Part shown: one piece after another, positions 44,582 to 53,589 of the stretch
Layout: each line of letters opens with the position of its first letter
How positions within the stretch are numbered: the stretch's first letter is position 1
DNA from: an uncultured Clostridium sp.
Lineage (GTDB): Bacteria > Bacillota_I > Bacilli_A > RF39 > UBA660
Assembly: GCA_946402315.1 (NCBI GenBank)
Contig: CAMIWC010000004.1
Location: forward strand, 17,509 to 81,508
DNA length: 64,000 nt
Direction: 5' to 3'
Notes under the pieces: generated by a model
Database searches by the model: none
The model's input: only the letters and a program-made list of their open reading frames with translations
Told to the model about the DNA's origin: nothing
Made by a program: the position numbers and the translations under genes

Positions 44582-46597
44582 ATGACTCAAACAAAAAAGA
44601 ATAATAATAAAAATAAAAAAAATGTTAAGAAGACTCATGTTAAGAAAAACTCACCAACAAGGAAGATTCAAAAAGAGAAAAAGGGATTTACTTTAATAGA
44701 ACTTCTTGCGGTTATAGTAATTCTAGGTCTTTTAGTTGCTATAGCTCTTCCAGCGGTTACTAGATATATTACACAATCAAGGAAGAAAACTCTATTAAAA
44801 ACAATGGATAGTTTTATAAGTGCTGCAATGACTAAGGCTAATGATAATGATTTTGAATCTATGTCTGATCCAACTAAAATATATTATATTCCTGTACATA
44901 ACGAGGTTGAAAAATCATGTGTTGGTCTTGAAAAAGGTGGAATAGATCCATTTGGTAATTGGGTAGAAGCTTATGTAGCAGTAATATATAATCCAGATGA
45001 ATATAAATATGAATATTATTTTACCTTCTATGATGATGCAGGATATGGAATGGAATTGACTAGGGAAGATGAAATAAAAACAAGTAGAATAACAAATCCA
45101 ACTGAAATGAATCATACTACCATTACTCAACAAACAATAGGTGATAGAGAAGTAAATGTGCTCGAAATAGGTAGCTGTAATTCTGATCATACGACAATAG
45201 TAGATACTCCAGTAGAAGTTACTAATACAATATACTGGGCTCTACAAGATAATGATTCAAATGGAACAAATGAAACTTTAGTGTTTTCTAAAAATTCTGT
45301 TACTGGAACATATAGCGGAAATTTTTTGGGAACAAAAGCATTTATAAATAGTACAGAAATACCATGGATAGGAGCGGGCTTTAATTCTTCGAATAACAGA
45401 AGTAAAGATGTATCTGTTATAAAAGTAGAAAGCACTATAGCTCCGACATCAACACAGTTTTGGTTTGATGGGGTTGGTTATAATAGTACTTCACTTAATA
45501 TAGATATTAATAAACTTAACACTTCAAATGTAATCAGTATGGATTCAATGTTTTCTTATTTTGGATATAATGTGACGAATTTTAGGTTAGATCTTAGCAA
45601 TCTAAAAACTTCAAAAGTAACAAATATGAAGAATATGTTTGCAGGAGCTGGATATAATTCAACAACATTTAGGTTGGTTTTGAAAAATTGGAATACATCC
45701 AAAGTTACTGATATGTCTCGCATTTTTAATATTACAGGAAGAAATGCAAATTCATATGTTATTGAGGGTTTAAATAGATGGAATACATCTAATGTTACCA
45801 ATATGGCTAGTGCTTTTTATATGGCGGGTAATGCTGCTACAACATGGGATATTGGTGATATTAGTAATTGGAATACATCTAAGTTAAATAATATGATGTC
45901 GATGTTTTATCAAGCTGGTGCTAATGCAACTTCGTTTAAAATAGATGTAGGAAAATGGAATGTTTCAAATGTTACAACAATGAATCAAGCATTTCGTTAC
46001 GCTGGTCTTAATTCTTCTTCGTGGAGCATTGGTGATTTGAGTAATTGGAATATAGGTAATGTAACGGATATATGTGGATTGTTTGCTGATACTGGTAAAA
46101 ATTCAGCAATGTGGAGTGTTGGTGATTTAAGTAATTGGGATACATCAAAAGTAACAAATATGACTTGTATGTTTGATTATTCTGGATATAAAACTACAAA
46201 TTGGTATGTTGGTGATTTAAGTAATTGGGATACATCAAAAGTAACAAATATGACTTGTATGTTTGATTATTCTGGATATAAAACTACAAATTGGTATGTT
46301 GGTAATTTAAGTAATTGGAATACGTCAAAAGTAACAACAATGAATAATATGTTTTGGCTTGCGGGAGGACAATCAAAATCTTTTGAATTAGATATTAGCG
46401 GATGGAACACATCAAAAGTATCAAATATGTCTAATATGTTTAGGCAAACTGGCTTTGGAGCAACAACATGGAAAATAAAAATACCAAAAACAAATGGTAA
46501 TGGAATTAATAATACTACAACAAAAATGTATGGAAGTTCTTCAACTGTATATGCCGATCAACCTGATCCTGGAAGATATTTTACTCTAGCAGATTAA
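44582..46597 (+). CDS. Pilin-like protein with a 35-aa Lys-rich leader and a C-terminal DUF285/BspA-type repeat domain (11 repeats)
   Basis: It carries KKGFTLIELLAVIVILGLLVAIALPA, the conserved head, and 11 copies of the W-N/D-T-S-K-V-T-x-M-x-x-M-F repeat. The C-terminal tail (KIPKTNGNGINNTTT) is shared with 43093-44559. Confidence 0.8.
   Translation: MTQTKKNNNKNKKNVKKTHVKKNSPTRKIQKEKKGFTLIELLAVIVILGLLVAIALPAVTRYITQSRKKTLLKTMDSFISAAMTKANDNDFESMSDPTKIYYIPVHNEVEKSCVGLEKGGIDPFGNWVEAYVAVIYNPDEYKYEYYFTFYDDAGYGMELTREDEIKTSRITNPTEMNHTTITQQTIGDREVNVLEIGSCNSDHTTIVDTPVEVTNTIYWALQDNDSNGTNETLVFSKNSVTGTYSGNFLGTKAFINSTEIPWIGAGFNSSNNRSKDVSVIKVESTIAPTSTQFWFDGVGYNSTSLNIDINKLNTSNVISMDSMFSYFGYNVTNFRLDLSNLKTSKVTNMKNMFAGAGYNSTTFRLVLKNWNTSKVTDMSRIFNITGRNANSYVIEGLNRWNTSNVTNMASAFYMAGNAATTWDIGDISNWNTSKLNNMMSMFYQAGANATSFKIDVGKWNVSNVTTMNQAFRYAGLNSSSWSIGDLSNWNIGNVTDICGLFADTGKNSAMWSVGDLSNWDTSKVTNMTCMFDYSGYKTTNWYVGDLSNWDTSKVTNMTCMFDYSGYKTTNWYVGNLSNWNTSKVTTMNNMFWLAGGQSKSFELDISGWNTSKVSNMSNMFRQTGFGATTWKIKIPKTNGNGINNTTTKMYGSSSTVYADQPDPGRYFTLAD
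46121..46300 (+). repeat. Perfect 2 x 90-bp tandem duplication inside the DUF285 repeat region
   Basis: 46121-46210 and 46211-46300 read identically base for base (ggtgatttaagtaattgggatacatcaaaagtaacaaatatgacttgtatgtttgattattctggatataaaactacaaattggtatgtt). Each copy encodes GDLSNWDTSKVTNMTCMFDYSGYKTTNWYV. Confidence 0.95.
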
Positions 46598-46602
46598 TCA
46601 AT

Positions 46603-46631
46603 AAAAAAAGCAAGATTTAGATCTTGCTTTT
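46603..46631. terminator. Bidirectional rho-independent terminator between convergent genes
   Basis: The stem GCAAGAT / ATCTTGC is flanked by an A-run and a T-run. Confidence 0.75.
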
Positions 46632-46634
46632 AAT

Positions 46635-47183
46635 TTATTTATTTTTTATTTTGTAATAAGAACTTGTTATTAGAATAGTTCCTATTATTAATAGTAGAAC
46701 CATTACAAAGTAATACATAATATTTATTAACTCATTTGAAAATAACATTAGTATTAATCCTATTAATAGAGTAGTTATTGGTAAACGATTCTTTAATAAT
46801 AATATTTTTATAATTGAATTAATTACCATAAATGCACCAAATATTATTAGGATATAACTTAGTGTCTCTATAGGATTAAAAATAATATAGAATGCTATTA
46901 GAAAAGCGAGTACTGCTTGGATTAAAAAACTGCTTGCTTGTTTAGGGAATCTTCTTATTAAGGATAAACTTATTGTTAATAAATTTATTCCATATCCTAT
47001 TATTAATATTGGAAAGATATATATTCCGATTTTAAGTAATAGTTTAGATCCAAAGAATAGTCCTGATATAGCAATTAGTATTAATAGTATTCCAAGTATT
47101 ATTTCATATATTACTTCTTTTTTATATTGTTTCTTATATTCTTTTTGAAATTTATCTCCATCTATAATAATGTCTTTAGCCAT
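46635..47183 (-). CDS. HdeD/DUF308-like small multi-TM membrane protein
   Basis: It has six short hydrophobic helices with repeated G-x-x-x-I/L-x-x-G spacing. The family call is from memory and of low certainty. Confidence 0.5.
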   Translation of the reverse strand: MAKDIIIDGDKFQKEYKKQYKKEVIYEIILGILLILIAISGLFFGSKLLLKIGIYIFPILIIGYGINLLTISLSLIRRFPKQASSFLIQAVLAFLIAFYIIFNPIETLSYILIIFGAFMVINSIIKILLLKNRLPITTLLIGLILMLFSNELINIMYYFVMVLLLIIGTILITSSYYKIKNK

Positions 47184-47217
47184 AATGCACCTCTTTCGAG
47201 TTATTATACTACTTTTA

Positions 47218-48717
47218 TTATTCTTTGTAATTATCTATTAGAGTAGTATCTACTTTTTTATCTGGATTGGCATCTAAATAAGTTCTATTATAATTTTGTA
47301 TCATTCTAACTGCTTCCTTACCAGAATAAATAACTTCTCTTCCTGTTGGTTCGATTACTCTTAAGAATAATCTTCCTTGATGATCTATATCTTCTTGTAT
47401 TTCAATACCAGTAGTAAGTTTAATAAATTGATCTCTATCATAGTTAGGATTTGAATAATTACCTATAAATTCATCTCCGTATGTTGTTTTAACAGGAGTA
47501 TCATATGTAGGTAAGAATGAATTAGTTTTTTGTGTTTGATTATCTATAAATGCTGGTGGAGGAGTAGTAGTTTCTTCTATAGTTCCTGTAGGAATAAATT
47601 GATTAACAGGAATGGTTATATTAGATACGTCCTCATTTTTATTATCTTCATAATCTACTGCAGGAGTAGCTAAAGTATCATTCTTATATTGATTTAAGAA
47701 ATTCTTAATCATTTCTTCATTTTCGTTTTTAGTTTCTTCTGGTTCTGAAGATACACCAGAAGGAGCAGTTAAATCATTAAAGTCATTTGAAAAACTAGTT
47801 GGTGGTGGAGCTATTTCAACTACCGGTGCTTGTGGAGTTGGATCCATTACTTGAGTTGGTATTTGTTTAATTTCTACATTCTTTGGCATTTCATACGGTT
47901 CATCTGGCCAATTAGAAGTATCAGCTTTTCTTCCTGGATTACTAGATTCATATAATTGGTTATAACTCTTCAACTTTTCAATCGCAGCATTACCAATTAA
48001 TTCAGTTCTATTACCCATACTATCAACAATAGTTAGAGTAACTTTTCCATCTTTCATTCCTTCTTTGATTTCTATTTCCATTGTTTTACTTATGAAGTTA
48101 TCTCTATCTTCATTTGGATAAGATTCATCTATCGTAGTATCAACATTACTATTAACATAATTAATCTCATCACATAACTTAAATAATTCTGGTAAGTTTT
48201 CTCTAGAGAAATCATTTATTAATGTTTCTGTATATATAGAATAAAAAGTACCTATTGCATCATTTAATATTTGATCAACATCATATTCATGACCTACATA
48301 ATTAGGATTAGTTTGACTTATTAAATAAAGAATAGTACCTTTAATTTTAATTATCATATCAGAATACTCTGGTATTTTATTTATATTGTTAACAGCCTTA
48401 GATAGATTTGTAGTTACTTCATTCATATCTCTAGCTAATTCACTTAAACTAAGTGATTCATCAATTCTATGAATTCCGGCATTATCAAAAGATGTCTTCA
48501 AAATATTTGAATACATTACAAAAGAATTATCTATGACTTGTTTAATTTGATTTCTATCAATAATAATATTGAATTCAAGTAAAAGTCTTTCTAATTTTTC
48601 TATTGCATCATTAATAGAACGATCTTTTAAATCGGACTTTCTTTCAATATTATTTACAAAGTCATTTAGATACTTGATTAATAATTCATTATACTTAATA
48701 ACGCCCTCTTTATTCAT
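47218..48717 (-). CDS. Hypothetical protein (499 aa) with an internally duplicated ~70-aa domain and a Pro-rich linker
   Basis: The two copies are ...RDNFISKTMEIEIKEGMKDGKVTLTIVDSMGNRTELIGNAAIEKLKSYNQLYESSNPGRKADTS and ...RDQFIKLTTGIEIQEDIDHQGRLFLRVIEPTGREVIYSGKEAVRMIQNYNRTYLDANPDKKVDTT. Confidence 0.6.
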   Translation of the reverse strand: MNKEGVIKYNELLIKYLNDFVNNIERKSDLKDRSINDAIEKLERLLLEFNIIIDRNQIKQVIDNSFVMYSNILKTSFDNAGIHRIDESLSLSELARDMNEVTTNLSKAVNNINKIPEYSDMIIKIKGTILYLISQTNPNYVGHEYDVDQILNDAIGTFYSIYTETLINDFSRENLPELFKLCDEINYVNSNVDTTIDESYPNEDRDNFISKTMEIEIKEGMKDGKVTLTIVDSMGNRTELIGNAAIEKLKSYNQLYESSNPGRKADTSNWPDEPYEMPKNVEIKQIPTQVMDPTPQAPVVEIAPPPTSFSNDFNDLTAPSGVSSEPEETKNENEEMIKNFLNQYKNDTLATPAVDYEDNKNEDVSNITIPVNQFIPTGTIEETTTPPPAFIDNQTQKTNSFLPTYDTPVKTTYGDEFIGNYSNPNYDRDQFIKLTTGIEIQEDIDHQGRLFLRVIEPTGREVIYSGKEAVRMIQNYNRTYLDANPDKKVDTTLIDNYKE

Positions 48718-48840
48718 AGTATCACCATATTATAATTATAATATAGTTTTGAAAAGAAATAAATTACTATCTAAAAAAAATAAAAAAAATGTATACTTTT
48801 TTAACACATATAGATATAATTATTGTAGAGAGGTGAAAGA

Positions 48841-49374
48841 ATGGATAAATTAAAAGAAGTAGTTAGTAAAAACGGACTATACATTAAAGTTGGTGCATTA
48901 GTATTTGCATTCATTGGATTATTCCTTGACTTTGCAAAACTATCATATTCAAGTACATATTTAGGAACTTATAGTGCTGCTGTTAAATATTCTGAATCAA
49001 AGGATGGAAAAATAGTATTAGTACTTATTCTTGTTGCTGCTGCATTACTTTTAGCTGAAAAGTTTGCAAAAGATTTATATGACAAGATTCCTCAATCATT
49101 TGCTCCATATGGACCAATGGGATTATCTGTAGTTGCATTAGGTATTACTATTTATGACGCTATTGATGTTAAGAGTAAATTCGGAAGCACTAGTAGTTAT
49201 TTAAGTAGTAACTTCAAACTATCTTTAGAACTTGGGTTCTGGATTACTTTAATTGGTCTAATTGTTGCAGTTGCTGTAATGGCATATGATAAGTTTGTTT
49301 TAGGTAAAACAACAACTACTGCTGCACCAGTACAACCAACTACTGAAGCACCAGTTGAAAACAATCAACAATAA
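48841..49374 (+). CDS. Membrane protein (4 TM helices), unknown function
   Basis: It has hydrophobic helices and a terminator at 49376-49400. Confidence 0.5.
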   Translation: MDKLKEVVSKNGLYIKVGALVFAFIGLFLDFAKLSYSSTYLGTYSAAVKYSESKDGKIVLVLILVAAALLLAEKFAKDLYDKIPQSFAPYGPMGLSVVALGITIYDAIDVKSKFGSTSSYLSSNFKLSLELGFWITLIGLIVAVAVMAYDKFVLGKTTTTAAPVQPTTEAPVENNQQ

Positions 49375-49447
49375 TAAAAAGGCTTTAAGCCTTTTTTATT
49401 TTTCTAGAAATAACTTATTGAATTAGGTTAATATATGTGATATATTA

Positions 49448-49668
49448 TTGACATTCAAGCAAGTGCGAAAGACGGAGAATATTAAAATTTTTAGAGAGTC
49501 TACATAATGGTGAAAGTAGATAAATAGAGATATTCTTAGATCACTTTCAAGTGCATTTTATGGATAAGATAAAATCGGTTACGCGTTATAGTATTTGAGG
49601 TAATATTAAATTACAAATTAAGGTGGTACCACGAGACAATCGTCCTTATTGGTATCATCTTTTTTATT
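49448..49668 (+). promoter_or_regulatory. T-box riboswitch leader (Ile specifier) controlling ileS
   Basis: It has an AGAGA box (49493-), a GGTGAAA distal-loop motif, a candidate specifier AUC followed by A (49540-49543), a T-box core AATTAAGGTGGTACCACGAG (49616-49635), and a terminator GGTACCA...TGGTATC plus T-run (49625-49666). Confidence 0.85.
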
Positions 49669-49688
49669 TTTAAGAAAGAAGGGATATT

Positions 49689-52600
49689 ATGGAATTTAAA
49701 GAATTAAGTAAGAAACCAGTAAATGAAGTAGAAAAAGATATTCTAAAGAGTTGGGGTGGAGTAGAAGCAATTTATAATAAACAATTAGAAACTCGTAAAG
49801 ATTCTGAAAAGTTTGTTTTCTTTGATGGACCAGCAACAGCTAATGGAAATCCTGGACTACATCATATGGTAGCTAAATTCTTAAAAGATACTTTTTGCAA
49901 GTATAAATCTATGAATAATTATAATGTTGTTCGTAAGATTGGTTGGGATACTCATGGATTACCAGTAGAAGTTCAAGTAGAAAAGGAACTTGGATTTACT
50001 GATAAAACTGATATTGAAAAGTATGGAATAGCTGAATTCAATCAAAAATGTCGTGAATCTGTTTGGAAAAATGAAAAAGCATTTAGAAATCTTACAGAAG
50101 AAATGGGACAATTTATCGAATTAGAGGATGCTTATATTACATATAAGAATGATTATATTGAGACTGAATGGTGGATATTAAAGAAATACTTTGATGAAGG
50201 ATTATTTTATGAAGGAGTAAAAATAGTTCCATGGTGTCCTCGTTGTGGAACAGCACTAGCTTCTCATGAAGTAGCACAAGGTTATGAAGAAGATACTGCT
50301 AATACTGTAATTGTTCCATTTAAAAAGAAAGATGAAGATGTATATTTCTTAGTATGGACTACAACTCCTTGGACACTTTTATCAAATGTTGGTATCTGTG
50401 TTAATCCAAATGAAACTTATGTAAAAGTAGAATCTAAAGGATATAAATTTATCTTAGCTAAAGCTTTAGCAAACGTAGTTTTAGGAGATGAATATAAGGT
50501 ATTAGAAGAGTACAAAGGAAAAGATTTAGAGTATGTTGAATATGAACAATTAATTCCTGTGCTTAAATCTGATAAAAAAGGATTCTTTGTAGTATGTGAT
50601 GACTATGTAACTATGACTGATGGTACTGGTATCGTTCATATCGCTCCTGCTTTTGGTGAGGACGATAACCGTGTATCTAGAAAGTATGATTTACCTTTCT
50701 TTAATCCTGTTGGAGAAGATGGATGCTTTACTGAAGGACCTTGGAAAGGTATGTTAATATTTGATGCTGATGTTGAAGTAATTAAATATTTAAAAGAAAA
50801 TGATAAGTTATTCAAATCACAAAAAATGAAACATGATTATCCACATTGTTGGAGATGTCATTCACCACTTGTTTATTATTCTCGTCCAAGTTATTATTTA
50901 GCAGTTACTAAATATCAAGATAAGACTATTGAAGCTAATAAAACTGTTAATTGGTATCCATCATACGTTGGAGAAAAACGTTTTGGAAACTGGCTTGAAA
51001 ATATGAATGACTGGGCAATATCAAGAAATAGATATTGGGGAACACCTCTTCCTTTATGGAAATGTGAATGTGGTCATATGGAAATGATTGGAAGTAGAGA
51101 AGAATTAATAGAAAAAGCTACTGAAAAATTAAAATATGAAGATATAGAATTACATAGACCATATGTAGATGATATTCATATTAAATGTCCACATTGTGGA
51201 AAAGAAATGACTAGAACTCCTGAAGTAATAGACTGTTGGTTTGATAGTGGGGCAATGCCTTTTGCTCAATATCATTATCCATTTGAAAATAAAGAACTTT
51301 GGGAAGAACAATTCCCAGCAGACTTTATTTGTGAAGGAATAGATCAAACTCGTGGATGGTTCTACAGCTTATTACAAATAAGTGTATTTGTTACTGGAAA
51401 GAGTCCATATAAAAATGTTCTTGTTAATGAACTTCTTCTTGATAAGAATGGACAAAAGATGCATAAATCTAAAGGTAATGCAATCGAACCATTTAGTATT
51501 ATTAATGAATATGGTGCTGATACAGTAAGATTCTATTTACCATATGTATCTCCTGTGTGGACACCACTTAAATTTGATGTAGATGGTCTTAAAGAAGTAT
51601 TCTCTAAATTCTTTAATCCATTAAAGAATACATATTCATTCTTTGCAATGTACGCTAATATCGATGGTGTATCTTTAGAAGACTGTAGTACTAACTTTAA
51701 AGTAGATTATAAGAATTTAGAAGAAATAGATAAATGGATGTTATCTAAATATAATAAATTGGTTAAAAATGTTAAAGAAGCTTATGAAGAGTACGATCTT
51801 AATAAAGTGGTTAAGTACTTAGCAACTTTCGTATCAGATGATTTATCTAACTGGTACATTCGTCGTAATAGAGATCGTTTCTGGAGTAGTAGTTTAGATA
51901 ATTCTAAGAAGAGTGTTTATAAAACTACTTATGATGTATTAGTTGGTTTAACTAAATTAATCGCTCCTATAACTCCGTTCATATCTGAAGAAATGTTTAG
52001 AAATCTAACTAACAAAGAATCAGTTCATTTAGAAGATTTTCCTGATTATGATGAGAAATTAATAAATGAAAAAATTGAAACTAAGATGGATCTTGTTAGA
52101 GATTTGATTACTCTAGGAAGAAATGCTAGAGAAAATGTTAAGATAAAAGTACGTCAACCTATAAGTGAAGTAGTGCTTGATGGTAAAGTAGAGAAAGTAT
52201 TAGGTGACTTAGTTTCATTAATTAAAGAGGAATTAAATGTTAAAGAAGTAATCTTTGCTGAAAATTTATCTGAATACATGAATTTTGAAGTTAAGCCTAA
52301 CTTTAAAGTATGTGGACCAATTCTTGGAAAAGAAATAGGAGAATTCTCTAAAGCACTTACATCTATTTCTAATGAAGATATATCAAAATTAGAAAATGGA
52401 GAAGAAGTTACTTTAGGTAAGTTTAATGTTACTCCTGATATGGTAGATATTAGAATATCTTCTAAAGAAGGATTCGATGTTGCTATGGAAAATAATAATT
52501 TCATTATTTTAAATACAACATTAACTGAAGACTTAATTGAAGAAGGTATTGCTCGTGAACTTATAAGTAAAGTTCAACAATTAAGAAAGAATAAAGACTT

Positions 52601-52784
52601 TAATATTATAGATAAGATAGATATTCTTTATGAAGAAAATGAAGAATTAGAAAAAGTTCTATCTAAATATGAAGAATTTATTAAGAAAGAGACATTATGT
52701 TTAAATTTCGTTAAAGATAATAGTGTTAAAGAAGAATACAATCTTAACGGAATTGAAGTAAAACTAGATGTTGAAAGAAAATAG
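49689..52784 (+). CDS. ileS: Isoleucine--tRNA ligase (long, type-2-like, 1031 aa)
   Basis: It has a class I HIGH-type region (NGNPGLHHM), a KMSKS variant (KMHKSKGN) and editing-domain motifs. The length and the lack of a C-terminal Zn-finger tail are typical of type 2 enzymes (from memory). Confidence 0.95.
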   Translation: MEFKELSKKPVNEVEKDILKSWGGVEAIYNKQLETRKDSEKFVFFDGPATANGNPGLHHMVAKFLKDTFCKYKSMNNYNVVRKIGWDTHGLPVEVQVEKELGFTDKTDIEKYGIAEFNQKCRESVWKNEKAFRNLTEEMGQFIELEDAYITYKNDYIETEWWILKKYFDEGLFYEGVKIVPWCPRCGTALASHEVAQGYEEDTANTVIVPFKKKDEDVYFLVWTTTPWTLLSNVGICVNPNETYVKVESKGYKFILAKALANVVLGDEYKVLEEYKGKDLEYVEYEQLIPVLKSDKKGFFVVCDDYVTMTDGTGIVHIAPAFGEDDNRVSRKYDLPFFNPVGEDGCFTEGPWKGMLIFDADVEVIKYLKENDKLFKSQKMKHDYPHCWRCHSPLVYYSRPSYYLAVTKYQDKTIEANKTVNWYPSYVGEKRFGNWLENMNDWAISRNRYWGTPLPLWKCECGHMEMIGSREELIEKATEKLKYEDIELHRPYVDDIHIKCPHCGKEMTRTPEVIDCWFDSGAMPFAQYHYPFENKELWEEQFPADFICEGIDQTRGWFYSLLQISVFVTGKSPYKNVLVNELLLDKNGQKMHKSKGNAIEPFSIINEYGADTVRFYLPYVSPVWTPLKFDVDGLKEVFSKFFNPLKNTYSFFAMYANIDGVSLEDCSTNFKVDYKNLEEIDKWMLSKYNKLVKNVKEAYEEYDLNKVVKYLATFVSDDLSNWYIRRNRDRFWSSSLDNSKKSVYKTTYDVLVGLTKLIAPITPFISEEMFRNLTNKESVHLEDFPDYDEKLINEKIETKMDLVRDLITLGRNARENVKIKVRQPISEVVLDGKVEKVLGDLVSLIKEELNVKEVIFAENLSEYMNFEVKPNFKVCGPILGKEIGEFSKALTSISNEDISKLENGEEVTLGKFNVTPDMVDIRISSKEGFDVAMENNNFIILNTTLTEDLIEEGIARELISKVQQLRKNKDFNIIDKIDILYEENEELEKVLSKYEEFIKKETLCLNFVKDNSVKEEYNLNGIEVKLDVERK

Positions 52785-52845
52785 GTCATTATATATGACC
52801 TTTTTTAATTATTATGTTATACTAAAAATGTTTAGGAGTGATGTT

Positions 52846-53535
52846 ATGGAATACATTATTAAAGGAGATAGTCTTCCTGTACTTATTTGTAAATTAGAAA
52901 AAGATGAATATTTAAAGACAGAAAGTGGTGCGATGATTTGGATGAGTCCAAACATTAAAATGGAAACTATCGCAGGAAACGTTAATAAAATGTTAGGACG
53001 TATAATGACAGGAGAAGCTGCTTTCTTAAATAAATTTACTGCTAAAGAAGATGGAGAAGAAATAGCTTTTGGTTCTTGTTTTCCAGGAAGCATCATGGCT
53101 GTTGAAATAGATGAAGAACATCCTATAATAATCCAAAAAAGAGGTTTTTTAGCAGGTACTTCAGGAGTAAACCTATCTATTTTTATTAATAAGAAAATAG
53201 GTTCAGGATTATTTGGCGGAGAAGGATTTATAATGCAAAAAGTTAGTGGTAAAGGACTTGCCTTTGTAGAAATAGATGGTACTTCTTGTACTTATGATCT
53301 TAAAGAAGGAGAAAAGATTGTAGTAAATACTGGACATCTAGCTTTAGTTTCTCACACTTGTAGTTTAGATATTCAAATGGTAAAAGGAGTAAAGAATGTT
53401 CTATTTGGTGGAGAAGGACTTTTCTTAGCGACAGTTACTGGTCCTGGAAAAGTAATACTTCAAACAATGCCAATTCCATCTCTAGCTGATTCTTTATATC
53501 CATATCTACCTAAAGTAGAAGAAAAAGGTGAATAA
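52846..53535 (+). CDS. AIM24/TIGR00266 (DUF124) family protein
   Basis: Motifs ESGAMIWMS, FGGEGFIMQKVSGKG and LFGGEGLFLATVTGPGKVILQTMP are present. The start is set at 52846, behind an AGGAG SD. Confidence 0.7.
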   Translation: MEYIIKGDSLPVLICKLEKDEYLKTESGAMIWMSPNIKMETIAGNVNKMLGRIMTGEAAFLNKFTAKEDGEEIAFGSCFPGSIMAVEIDEEHPIIIQKRGFLAGTSGVNLSIFINKKIGSGLFGGEGFIMQKVSGKGLAFVEIDGTSCTYDLKEGEKIVVNTGHLALVSHTCSLDIQMVKGVKNVLFGGEGLFLATVTGPGKVILQTMPIPSLADSLYPYLPKVEEKGE

Positions 53536-53589
53536 TTACCTTTTTTTTATTTAAAAGAAATATTATAATAAATTTAAGGAAGTGATAAT

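Noticed and set aside
45480-46480. Regularly spaced ~80-90-bp repeats that could superficially resemble a CRISPR-like or satellite array.
   Set aside because: The repeats are in frame within one long ORF and encode the DUF285-type W-N-T-S-K-V-T-N-M peptide repeat. They are imperfect, apart from the one 90-bp duplication, and lack the unique spacers and short palindromic repeats of CRISPR. No cas genes are present.
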